NCBI RefSeq assembly: GCF_001194135.2
Contig: NC_068981.1
Span: 79,162,631 to 79,226,630 of the forward strand
Direction: 5' to 3'
DNA from: Octopus bimaculoides
Lineage: Eukaryota
Length of the DNA: 64,000 nucleotides
Shown here: piece after piece, positions 1 through 11,599 of the stretch
Numbering within the stretch: position 1 is the stretch's first letter
Layout: every line of letters starts with the position of its first letter
The notes under the pieces: generated by a model
Told to the model about the DNA's origin: nothing
The model's database searches: none
What the model saw: the letters and a program-made list of their open reading frames with translations, nothing else
Made by a program: the position numbers and the translations under genes

Positions 1-135
1 AGCACCACAGCAAACAACAGCACATACCCAAGGCGCACAGAGCTGCGCTCGGTAGTGAAGTGAAAGCACGTTATAAAAATAAAACTACTGAATAATAATA
101 ATAATAATAATTATTATTATTATTATTATTATTAT

Positions 136-169
<34 letters not shown>

Positions 170-170
<1 letters not shown>

Positions 171-414
171 TGCACAGCTTCTAACGCTATTGCAGCCCCT
201 ATTTGTTCCATGTACTTCTCAAGATTTTTACTTACTGCTCCCAGGGCTCCGACAATTACTGGGTCTACTACCACCTTTTTCAGCGACCACAACTGCTTAA
301 CCTCCCAAGCTAACCTGTTATATATGTCGACTTTTCTTTCTTCCTTATCGCATAACTTGTTGTCAGCTGGACATGCTATATCTATGATTCAGCATCGATT
401 GCTTTCTTTCTCAA

Positions 415-415
<1 letters not shown>
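170..415 (-). mobile_element. REL-endonuclease non-LTR retrotransposon (R4/Dong-like) 3' fragment
   Basis: Encodes ...LWSLKKVVVDPVIVGALGAVSKNLEKYMEQIG, the typical REL C-terminus, and runs into (CTA)n/(TAA)n. Confidence 0.75.
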
Positions 416-492
<77 letters not shown>

Positions 493-499
493 CGTTGTT

Positions 500-1440
500 G
501 CTGTTGTTTCATTTATACTCAACAGATTAGACTGTTGAAAGAAAATCCTAACATGGGTTACAAGTAACCTTAGAGCCAAGAACCTTCCTAAGTATCCTGA
601 TACTGTTTTCTGGAGTTGCACTAAACTCGATTTTATGCCTATTTCCTCTATCCATCTGTTCAATGCTTTAGGAATAGTCCGCAATGCTTCTATAACTACA
701 GAGGTATATTTTATTTTACCCACACTTTCCATAGCCTGTGTAACTCAATAGCTAGGTCCTGATAGTTTGCTATTTTCGCTGTACCTTTCATATTGACTTT
801 CTCATCATTTGGAACTGTAAAGTCAATTACCTGGCACTTTTTATTCTTTTCGTCTACTAACGCTAAATCAGGCTTTCTGACTTCATTAATTCTGTCAGTC
901 TGAATGTTAAAACTCCATATCTTATACTTCTTACTTTCTAGAACTTTACTAGTTTCATGTTCATACTACTTATCAGTACAGTCAAATCCTAGCTTTCTAC
1001 ATAACTCCGAGTATATTATTCTCCCGAGGTTGTCATATCTTTTCTTGAATTCCTTTTGTGCCAACATGCTACATTTACTAATTATATGAGTAACATTTTT
1101 TCCCTTTGATTTACATAACCTATATTGGCTGTCAAGATACCCATAAATACTTTCTGAGATCATTCTGATAAACTGCTTCCACACTAATAGTAAGCTAGTG
1201 ATTGCTCCATAATTATTAGATATATTGCCTTTGCTTTTGTCATTCATAAGGAGTACTGTTCTCTAGTCTTCCAATTAGGTAGGACTCCTCCATTCAGGCA
1301 ATCATGAAGCTCTTCTTTCAGCCTCCTATGTAAGCTTCTAAATTTCTTTAACTAATACTCTTGAACTACATCAGGTCGTGGGCCCTTATTATTATGTGAT
1401 GAAAACTCACAGCTTATTTTGCTGGGTATGGGGAAAGTGT
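500..1440 (-). mobile_element. REL-endonuclease LINE 3' fragment, decayed
   Basis: Contains CRLC..HIISKC zinc knuckle, LAQKEFKKRYD, KPDL..DF and LQKTV motifs across frameshifts; ends in an (ACA)n(ATA)n tail. Confidence 0.8.
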
Positions 1441-1478
1441 CAGCTGTCCACAGCCAGCAGGTGACACTTGTTTGCTGG

Positions 1479-2225
1479 TCATGCTTCAAGACCCCTGCGA
1501 AGAATTCTTGCAGTTCCAAACAATGCTGAGTTTTGTAGGTGTTCTATCTTCACACTTGCACCAATCATTTTCTGTTTTGCTGGTAGTTGAGTGCTGATAC
1601 TTCTAAGTGTGCCAATTACTATTGGTATCACGTCTACTCTCTTCATGGACCACAACCTTCGTATTCCCCACTTCAAATTGCCATAGCTGTTTATTTTTTC
1701 TTCTTTCTCATTGATCTTGTCGTCACCGGAGCATGCTATGTCGATTATCATGCATGTATTTTCTTTTTTATTCACCACAACAATCTCCGGTTTCCAATAT
1801 CTGGTCAGGTGATCGCACTGAATCATTGTATCCCACAGGATTTTGCAATTCTCATTCTCGGTGACTTCTTCTGCAGTTTTCTCATACCACGTATTTGCCC
1901 TTTGTAGACCGTGATTTCCACAGAGCTCCCAATGGATCGTTCTTGCCTCATTGTCATGGCGTCTTTTGTATTCGCGTTGTGCCAATTTCGGACATTCGCT
2001 AACGATGTGCCATACTGTTTCACCCTTCTCACCACAAATTCTGCATTTGTCGCTGTCGGTAGTGCTGTCTATTCTGCACTTCTCATAGTTAGTCCTTAAC
2101 GCTTGTTCTTGAGCTGCGCATATGAGTACTTCTGTTTCTACCTTCAGGTCACTCCTCCTCATCCATAACCACCGGTCTTCTGTATCTGTCTTGGCGTTCA
2201 CATTTCTTGCAAACTGACCGTACAT
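1479..2225 (-). mobile_element. REL-endonuclease LINE C-terminal ORF fragment (248 aa open)
   Basis: CRIC-x8-H-x4-C knuckle, RHD, KPEIVVV...IIDIAC, VIPIVIGTL, LQNSALFGTARILR. Confidence 0.9.
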
Positions 2226-3180
2226 TTTTTTCTACATCCATGTCTTGTTTTTGTGTTCATTTCTTCTTTAAATTTTTCTTTCATTACGCAATCTTCAGTT
2301 TGATGACGGCGGCCTTCTTCGTATGTTTCACCAATGGCGCCACAGCATTTTTATGTTGTTGTTGTTGTTATCGTCGTTGTTGTTGTTGCTGCTGCTGTTG
2401 TTGTTTTTGTTGCCGCTGCTGTTGTTGCTCCTGCTGCTGCTGCTGCTGCTGCTGTTGTTGTTGTTGTTGTTGTTGCCATACTGGGAAGACGCATGAATAC
2501 AGAGCTCCGAAAGTTTTAAATGTTTCATCAAACATTTCGGCGGCTTAGAGCCCGTTCAGTCAACTATTTTGTTATAACTAATTTGTTAACATTGTCTAGA
2601 TCGCGGTGGTAAAATTTCTGTGCAATTACACCCCCTTTTAGGGAGTGTAACTCAGTAATATTTAGTTTACATTAGTGTGGAAACAAACATTTGTATAGTT
2701 TTCAATAAAAAAAAACAAAAAACAAAAGGATAACAAAATGTCGGATCACGATAAGATAATCGACGGTGAATAGCGTTCTACCGACCCAGTTTTAACTCCG
2801 AAACTAGCCATGCTTGGAATTAAAATTAATTTATCAACACAAAGAAATACAATTTCGTTTTGTTTCTATGACGGTAGAAATATCTGCAAAGATACAAGTA
2901 GCAGCAATGATAGTGACAACAACAACAGCAGCGATAATATGTACAGCAGCAACACAAACAACACAAACAACAGCAACAACGTGAACAACTACAAAATCGA
3001 AAACAACAAAGGGTACAACATGAACAGCAAAGGCGAAAACAACAACAGCGAAAAGAATAATATCATCATCAGCAGCAGCAATAATATTAATATGCCAACT
3101 TGTTCTTTTTGTCGTGTGTGTCAAACTTCAAAGGAAGAAGTGAGTGACAAAGCGAGAGAGGAAAGGACAGAGAGGAATTA

Positions 3181-3317
3181 AGAGAGAAAGAGAGTGAGAG
3201 TGAGAGAGAGAGAAAGAGAGTGAGAGAGAATGAGAGAGGGAGGAAAGAGAGAGAGAGAGAAAGAGAGAGAGAGAAAGAGGGAGAGAGAGAAAGAGAGAGA
3301 GAAAGAGGGAGAGAGAA

Positions 3318-3364
<47 letters not shown>

Positions 3365-3365
3365 A

Positions 3366-3410
<45 letters not shown>

Positions 3411-3715
3411 AAGAGAGAGAGAGAAAGAGAGAGAGAGAAAGAGACAGTGAGTGGTGATGGCGTTCGTTTTGTGTTTTTCAATGTTTCAGAGAGGAAGTAA
3501 GAAAGAAATAGAGAGAGTGAAAGAGAAAGAGAGAGAGAGAGAGTGAAAGAGAAAGAGAGTGAGAAAAGAAGAGAGAGTGAGAAAAGAAGAGAGAGTGAGA
3601 AAAGAAGAGAGAGTGAGAAAAGAAGAGAGAGAGAGAGAGTGAGAAAAGAAGAGAGAGAGAGAGAGTGAAAGAGACTGAGTGGTGACGGTGTTCGTTTTGT
3701 GTTTTTAAATGTTTA
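3181..3715. repeat. (GA)n-rich tracts with a duplicated ~45-bp spacer
   Basis: GAGTGGTGA(T/C)GG(C/T)GTTCGTTTTGTGTTTTT.AATGTTT occurs at ~3447 and ~3677, each after a GA tract. Confidence 0.85.
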
Positions 3716-4350
3716 TCACATCGACGGAAAGGAGATACATAGATACATACACACATTGTTAAATTAAAAGCAGGAGAGAGGAGGGACACAGAGGAAGTGA
3801 AAGAAAAGAGAGAGAGTGTGAGAGAGACAGTAGATACATAGATCGAAAGAAAAGTTGATGCATAGATACATAGACAAAGCAAATATTGGATGTCACTTTC
3901 ACTTTTCATTACCACACGAAGATAAAATTTAACTCGCAAGTGGCTGATTACTCTACAGACATGCATAGCATTAACGTAGTTCTCAGGAAGATTCAGCTGG
4001 CCCCTTTGAATTCCTGCTACAACTCATTTTGGCCAACTGAGTGGACTGGAGCAAGATGAACCTTTAAGTGGTTGGAAGAAAACGAAAAAAGATCCTGTAT
4101 AGGGGTAGTAAAATCTTTTTAGCCGTTAGGGTCACTGTGGGTGTTAATCTGATCCTAACAGCGGCATTTGTGGGTTTTACAGATCTGGAGGCCAAGTCCC
4201 CAGAAAAACACCGATGCGCCGGCTGTTATCAAACTGAACGTGAGTCGAGGGCGAATACACGATATATTTTACCTGTAAAAGTGTAAACTTGCTAGCCACT
4301 TTATTATTATCATTATAATCATTATTAATAACAGTAATAATACATATATA

Positions 4351-6454
4351 TCTATAATATAAATCCCGTTCTGTGTGTGTGTGTGTGTGTGTAAAAGATT
4401 ATAACGGCCGTATCTTTCAACTAATTTCCTCCAAACTGGGAACATACATTACGTATGTTCCAGAGATGGTGTTAGACTCTTAGAATTTTTCCCATAGTGA
4501 GTAACGGGGCCCCTGGAGGCAGAAAATACTCTTTCCTGGGTTACGTGGAGAAGGGAAGTAACTCTTTGCGAAGTAACTTTCAGAAATTTATTGTCTCCTT
4601 TACATCTACTGGCCTCATCTGATATATAAAATAGAGATGTATGTGTATTCGCTTTTTATGCGTATCTCTATCTCTCTATATTTCTCTATCTATATCNNNN
4701 NNNNNNNNNNNNNNNNNNNNNNNNNNNNNNNNNNNNNNNNNNNNNNNNNNNNNNNNNNNNNNNNNNNNNNNNNNNNNNNNNNNNNNNNNNNNNNNNNNNN
4801 NNNNNNNNNNNNNNNNNNNNNNNNNNNNNNNNNNNNNNNNNNNNNNNNNNNNNNNNNNNNNNNNNNNNNNNNNNNNNNNNNNNNNNNNNNNNNNNNNNNN
4901 NNNNNNNNNNNNNNNNNNNNNNNNNNNNNNNNNNNNNNNNNNNNNNNNNNNNNNNNNNNNNNNNNNNNNNNNNNNNNNNNNNNNNNNNNNNNNNNNNNNN
5001 NNNNNNNNNNNNNNNNNNNNNNNNNNNNNNNNNNNNNNNNNNNNNNNNNNNNNNNNNNNNNNNNNNNNNNNNNNNNNNNNNNNNNNNNNNNNNNNNNNNN
5101 NNNNNNNNNNNNNNNNNNNNNNNNNNNNNNNNNNNNNNNNNNNNNNNNNNNNNNNNNNNNNNNNNNNNNNNNNNNNNNNNNNNNNNNNNNNNNNNNNNNN
5201 NNNNNNNNNNNNNNNNNNNNNNNNNNNNNNNNNNNNNNNNNNNNNNNNNNNNNNNNNNNNNNNNNNNNNNNNNNNNNNNNNNNNNNNNNNNNNNNNNNNN
5301 NNNNNNNNNNNNNNNNNNNNNNNNNNNNNNNNNNNNNNNNNNNNNNNNNNNNNNNNNNNNNNNNNNNNNNNNNNNNNNNNNNNNNNNNNNNAAGTGAGAA
5401 ATTTCGCTTCAATCCGTACAATTCTTTATTTACCGAAAAAATTTCTTTCTTTACTTAATACGTCGTATTAAGAAATATAATTTCCGTTACCCAGTTATTT
5501 TTATTGTTTACTATCTTCGGTACCCGTGTATTTCTGTATACATATATAACCATGCCTAGAAGGAAAATGTCAAATTTGTCTACAATGTCAAGGTCAGCCA
5601 AAAGAATGTCTCTGTCCAGGGAAAGAGAGACAGCTGCAGAAAGGGAAGCATACCAAGAAACGAACAGACTGTGCACTACAAAAGCCAGAGCATTTCAAAG
5701 TGATGAACAGAGGTATGCAAGGCTGATAAGAAATAGAATTTCCACTGCAGAACGAAGAGCAGTTGCAACAGCTCAGAGAAGCAACTTCTATGAAGCAGCT
5801 TTCAATTATGATCCAGCAGCTCATTATGCAGATGACATTACAGTTTCCATCGGTGCAATGACAACCGCGTGCATACATTGTAAAGCAAAGAAGTGACCTG
5901 GAGAGACACCTGCACTGTACTGCAGTGGTGGAAATGTTAAACTCCCTGCAATTCCTCAGCCTCCAGAGCCATTGAAGAAACAGTTGTCATCAATTGACCA
6001 ATATTCCAAGTACTTCCAAAACAGAATTAGACAATACAACGCTACAGCTGACATCATTTGGAGTTACAAGAGATTTAACTGAAGTAGGATTCGTGCAAAC
6101 TTTCAAGATCCAAGGTCAGATTTATCATCGGATTGGCTCTCTACTACCTCTGTCAAATGAATCACCAAAATCGGCATTTCATTGTTTATAATCTGTACCT
6201 GTTTTTTGGTTACGAAATTAGCTACACAAAACGTGTTCTTGAATTACGTGTATTTACTTTATGTACATATGGGTTGAAAACTTTCTTTTAACATTTCACT
6301 TAACGTCTATGTTCCATGCTAACATGGATAGGAGAGTTAATGATGTAGAAAGTTGGTATTTCAGCTACTAGCAGTTGAGACCTGCGTAACCTGGACGACG
6401 TTTTTAAATTTTATTATTCTCTTTAACCCAGGCAACGCCATGTATATCTGCTAT
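4351..6454 (+). mobile_element. Helitron, internally deleted (spans a gap)
   Basis: 5' A|TCTATAATATAAA terminus; Rep N-terminal remnant from ATG 5552 (CIHCKAKK, PEPLK, IRQYN, FKIQGQIYHRIGSLLP); 3' decayed hairpin CCCAGGCAACGCCATG followed by TATATCTGCTAT (CTAG-like end). Confidence 0.85.
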
Positions 6455-6916
6455 ATGTATATACATACATATATATANNNNNNNNNNTACATACGACAGG
6501 CTTCTTTCAGTTTCTGTCTACCAAATTCTCTCACAAGGCTTTCATTGGGCCGAGGCTATAGTAAAAGATGGTTGCCCGAGGTGCCACGTTTAAAATTTCT
6601 TTAAAAAAATATGTATGACCGGGGAATTTCAAAATAATTTCTCTTGCTATAATAGAGGCGTACTTCCTTATAAATTAAATGATGTGATGACTATTAAATA
6701 TGAGGATCACGTTGTTTCACAAATCATGCATATGAGTTCATGGGCTAACTACGGCCCGCGGGACTTTTTGAAAGACACGTCTGATAAAAAATTACCTTGA
6801 AATTTTTTTCTTTTAGTAGCGTGACTAGCCCCATGATGGGCCATGCTTCATGTGACCCGCTTCTAGAAAAAGGCTGACCGTGCCTGGTATAAAGAACACA
6901 CACACACACACACACA

Positions 6917-8125
6917 TTGGGCTGGCCGAAAAGTCTGTTCGGTTTTTGTCGACACTAAACTTCAAGCACTCTAATAGGTAGCTAACTTCTGACCGTCTCT
7001 TGCACATGTACACTCGTTAGATACTTGATGCTTCAACGTATTTCGACGCAAACTTGCGACGAGACAAGTTTGTATGTTTGGATTACCCTAAATATAGAAA
7101 ACCAAAACGAACATTATGGACACCACATGCTTTTTCTATTCTAAAAAAGACAAGAAAGTGACAGAAACCTGCAGGATGATATGCGCTGTATACCGAAAGG
7201 ATGCTGTTACAGAATGTACGTGCCAGAAGTGTTTTTTTAAGATTCCGATCGGGAAATTTTTCGGTTCAAGATGCACTTCGCTCTGGCCGGCCAACTGAGG
7301 TTAACACTGATAAAATGATAGAGTTACTCAAAACCAACCGCAATTATACGACCAGGATGATCGCAGATATTCTCCATATTCCAACGATGAATGTTGAAAA
7401 ACCATCTGTATCAACTTGGTTATGTCAGCAGGTTTGATGTTTAGATTCGACATCATTTGAATGAGGCAAACTTCGTCCAACGGATTTTCATCTACGATTC
7501 GTTGCAGTAACGAAAGAAAATTATCCTTTTTGAAGAGAATGTTGATAGGAGACGAAAAATGGATCGTCTATAACAATGTGAAGCACAAACGATCATTTGG
7601 GAGGTGCAGTGAACCACCACAAACAACCTCCAAGGCAGGACTTCATCAAAAGAAGGTTATGCCTTCAATTTGTTGGGAGTGGTAGAATGTTGTCTCTTAT
7701 GAGCTTCTTCCCACGGAAAAGAATATCAGTTTGGATGTGTACTGTGACCAGCTGGACAAACTAAACACAGCGACCCACCAGAAGCGTCCAGCACTTGCTA
7801 ATTATCAGGACATTGTCTTTCATCATGACAATGCCAGGCCGCACACTTTTTTTGCGAAGGCGGCAGGAGTTACTGAGGTTTGGCTGGAAAGTTTTGCCGC
7901 ACTCGCCATATTCACCCGACCTTGCGCCTTCAGATTTCCACCAGCTTCGATTTCTGCAAAATTCATAAATGGGCGGACCTTCAACTCTGAAGAGTATATA
8001 AAAATTCACATTGAAGAGTTTTTCCCAGTTAAAGACAGGAAATTCTTAGAGTAGAAAATAATGGATCTGCCCACAAGATGGCGAAAGATACTGAAGCGAA
8101 ACTATAATTACATCAGTGATTGATT
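6917..8125 (+). mobile_element. Mariner (DD34D) transposon, frameshifted; 3' TIR not found
   Basis: 5' TTGGGCTGGCCGAAAAG TIR-like end; RSGRP, GDEKWIVY, HHDNARPH and YSPDLAP-like motifs from ATG 7116. Confidence 0.9.
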
Positions 8126-8319
8126 AAAATTTCGAACGCGGGATAGTTGCACCTCTCAGAATACCGGTATCTGAGAGGTATAGGATTCGGTTCTTTGTAG
8201 CCGCCTGCTGGCAACCTTTTCCGTCTTCTAGAGTATTTACGCAATTTTCTATGCTATTTTCACAGCTATCTCACGTTCGAAATTTATTTCACTTTTTGTT
8301 ATATATTGGGTCATCCCAT

Positions 8320-8430
8320 AAACAATGTTGCAGACAGAGCGGTTGGTGTCTTTCTCAACCGTGTTCCACACATAATCATCTATGGGATTACAATGGGGTG
8401 GGGGGTGAAAGCCCAGAAACTGGGGCTGAT
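8320..8430 (-). mobile_element. maT/Tc1-like transposase fragment
   Basis: PPPHCNPIDDYVWNTVEKDTN, homologous to the 63.6-kb copy; a TACAGGGTG TIR-like end lies nearby at ~8960-8969. Confidence 0.6.
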
Positions 8431-9023
8431 GAAGTCGTAGACATTCTCCGATAACCACTTCTGACTCATTCCGAGGGTATGGCAAGGAGCCGAATCCTGT
8501 TGCCACACTTATAGCCTTCCAGCAGCAACCTTCTCCTGAAGGGATTCACCACAGTCTCAAGCAACTTCACATATCCGTCTGAATTGAGCCTAAGGCCCTG
8601 TTCAAAGATGTGGGGATGAATTCCAGCATGTAGATGCAGTCTCCTGTGTCCCTGTTAAACACGGCTTCGTAGTCTCCTTTGCAGCTGTCCACGTCACATT
8701 TTATAACCTTTAGAGTGTTCACAAACCATTGAGGAGCAGGCATGGTGTCAGCATTTTGATACTTGGAGCGTATCATCATAATACAGTTAACTCTTCCAAT
8801 ATTCAGATGGTTTGTAGTCCCCCATGACAGCTGACTATTTATTTTTTTCCACTCCTATTTTAATCTTTATACTCTGCAACGCTTTTGACTGTTCACCACT
8901 ACATCAAGCTGGCTGTTCTTGAAAAAAGGAGGACATAAAATTCGTCAAATTTAATCCGAACACCCTGTATATGAGCGCGCGCACGTGTACGTATATAGAT
9001 GTATGTACGCATATACACATACA

Positions 9024-9127
<104 letters not shown>

Positions 9128-9224
9128 AAATATCCTGTTTTAATACCCAGTGTGAAACCGATTGTTAAGATCGGCTATAATGTATCTATACTACTGTATA
9201 CTTTGATTAATACATGTCGACAGA

Positions 9225-9690
9225 CAAGGCGGTGAGTTATCAGAAACGTTAGCAGGGCGGGCAAAATGCTTAGCGGCATTTCGTCTGTCGTTATGTTCTG
9301 AGTTCAAGTTTCGCCGAGGTTGACTTTACCTTTGATCCTTTCGAGGTCGATAAAATAAATACTAATCAAGTACTGGGGGCGATGTAATTGACTTATCCTC
9401 CACCACCGAAAATGCTGGCCTTGTACCAAAATTTAAAACCAATATATACAGATAGACACACATGTACACCTTTAGAAACTTATTTAATGTCTGTAACAAC
9501 CTATGTAACAAGCCTGTTCATAAGTACTGATTTCAAATTTTGGTACAAGTCCAGCAACTTGTCCCAGAAAGAATGAAAGGCAAAGCTGACGTCGGTGGAA
9601 TTTGAACTCAGAACATGAAGATGGACGGAATGCCGCTAAACATTTTGTGCGTGGTACTAACGATTCTGCAAGCTCGCTGCCCTATCTTGG
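9225..9690. mobile_element. Inverted pair of SINEs (Deu/Nin-like core CCTTTCATCCTTTCGAGGTCGATAAA)
   Basis: Plus copy ~9225-9445 and minus copy ~9530-9690 share GGCGAGCT..GAGTTCAAATT..; the domain assignment is from memory. Confidence 0.65.
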
Positions 9691-10538
9691 TCCATAAGTA
9701 CTATCAGGAATTCTTTGCGGAAGGAAATAATTTGCTCTTTTCATTGGAAAAGTAGACCGGTCCCGGAAAATAAAAGAAGAGCTACATGTTTGTGTTTTTT
9801 AGTAACAATAATAATGCAGAGAGTTTTTTTTTTCTTAATTTTCCATCATTTTAATGATTGTAGTTTAGTAACGGTTGACGATATAAAGATATATTGCTTC
9901 GTGCTGGCTTAATATTCTACTTTCATGCGTTGGAGAAGGAATCTATTAATTTATCCCGGATAACATATAATATAAACACTGATCCCTAAGAATATTTCTT
10001 TTTAATAACTTGTTCGTAGAAATAGAGAAAAGAAAACAAGTTATACACGTCGTTTAGTACAAGAGTAGTCCAGCGGATATTCAGTTCCGGCTATAGACGT
10101 CACGATCATATGGTTCCGGAATCACCCGAAAAGGAAGTTTAATAAACAACAAAAAATCTGAAATGAGCTACATTTATTCAAATGACAATTTTCTAGGCTG
10201 ATAACCGGATCTTTTTTAAAACGGGGGCCACATTTTTAATTAATGTTTTACGTAGTGTTTTTGGTACCGAAAGACTTTCAAACTTCGTATACTTATCTAT
10301 TTTGTGTTATAGAACAGAAAAATATTTTTGTATTCGAATTTATTTCATGTAAAAAATTGTATTATTTCGATAATTTCAACCAATCACTGACAAGTATTCA
10401 GTTGTTTACATTTACTCCTTTGGCTGATTAAGCCATAGCTTCGTTTTATTTGCTTTTTTCATTTTAAATTTGCTTTTTTCATTTTCTTTTTTTCTTCTTC
10501 GTTTTATTTGCTTTTTTCTTTTTAAATTTGCTGTTTTA

Positions 10539-10560
10539 CCCTAACCCTAACCCTAACCCT
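10539..10560 (-). repeat. Short (TTAGGG)n-like tract
   Basis: CCCTAACCCTAACCCTAACCCT, next to a gap. Confidence 0.8.
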
Positions 10561-11599
10561 ATCACCGATNNNNNNNNNNNNNNNNNNNNNNNNNNNNNNN
10601 NNNNNNNNNNNNNNNNNNNNNNNNNNNNNNNNNNNNNNNNNNNNNNNNNNNNNNNNNNNNNNNNNNNNNNNNNNNNNNNNNNNNNNNNNNNNNNNNNNNN
10701 NNNNNNNNNNNNNNNNNNNNNNNNNNNNNNNNNNNNNNNNNNNNNNNNNNNNNNNNNNNNNNNNNNNNNNNNNNNNNNNNNNNNNNNNNNNNNNNNNNNN
10801 NNNNNNNNNNNNNNNNNNNNNNNNNNNNNNNNNNNNNNNNNNNNNNNNNNNNNNNNNNNNNNNNNNNNNNNNNNNNNNNNNNNNNNNNNNNNNNNNNNNN
10901 NNNNNNNNNNNNNNNNNNNNNNNNNNNNNNNNNNNNNNNNNNNNNNNNNNNNNNNNNNNNNNNNNNNNNNNNNNNNNNNNNNNNNNNNNNNNNNNNNNNN
11001 NNNNNNNNNNNNNNNNNNNNNNNNNNNNNNNNNNNNNNNNNNNNNNNNNNNNNNNNNNNNNNNNNNNNNNNNNNNNNNNNNNNNNNNNNNNNNNNNNNNN
11101 NNNNNNNNNNNNNNNNNNNNNNNNNNNNNNNNNNNNNNNNNNNNNNNNNNNNNNNNNNNNNNNNNNNNNNNNNNNNNNNNNNNNNNNNNNNNNNNNNNNN
11201 NNNNNNNNNNNNNNNNNNNNNNNNNNNNNNNNNNNNNNNNNNNNNNNNNNNNNNNNNNNNNNNNNNNNNNNNNNNNNNNNNNNNNNNNNNNNNNNNNNNN
11301 NNNNNNNNNNNNNNNNNNNNNNNNNNNNNNNNNNNNNNNNNNNNNNNNNNNNNNNNNNNNNNNNNNNNNNNNNNNNNNNNNNNNNNNNNNNNNNNNNNNN
11401 NNNNNNNNNNNNNNNNNNNNNNNNNNNNNNNNNNNNNNNNNNNNNNNNNNNNNNNNNNNNNNNNNNNNNNNNNNNNNNNNNNNNNNNNNNNNNNNNNNNN
11501 NNNNNNNNNNNNNNNNNNAAGCTCCATTTATTCATGTAGTGAGAACACCACAGAAAATACAATGAAAATGTACTCCTCAGCTGCATAATGGAATTTCAT

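Noticed and set aside
2625-2651. Hairpin TTACACCCCC-TTTTA-GGGAGTGTAA (and CTCGGC-T-GCCGAG at ~39794)
   Set aside because: Short isolated stems with no supporting context; probably repeat termini or chance.
2207-3966. Poly-Cys/Asn/Glu-Arg/Ser-Leu ORFs (also 27118-28017 and the VCVC/YIYI/HTHT ORFs)
   Set aside because: These are translations of microsatellites.
4637-5471. Long ORFs containing X runs (also 10522-11586, 29736-30245, 63127-63482)
   Set aside because: They are open only because of N gaps.
8424-8460. Other CTGATGA occurrences (8424, ~12805, ~17360 minus, ~18356, ~37486, ~42056)
   Set aside because: None has a correctly placed stem II + GAAA + NUH + stem I.
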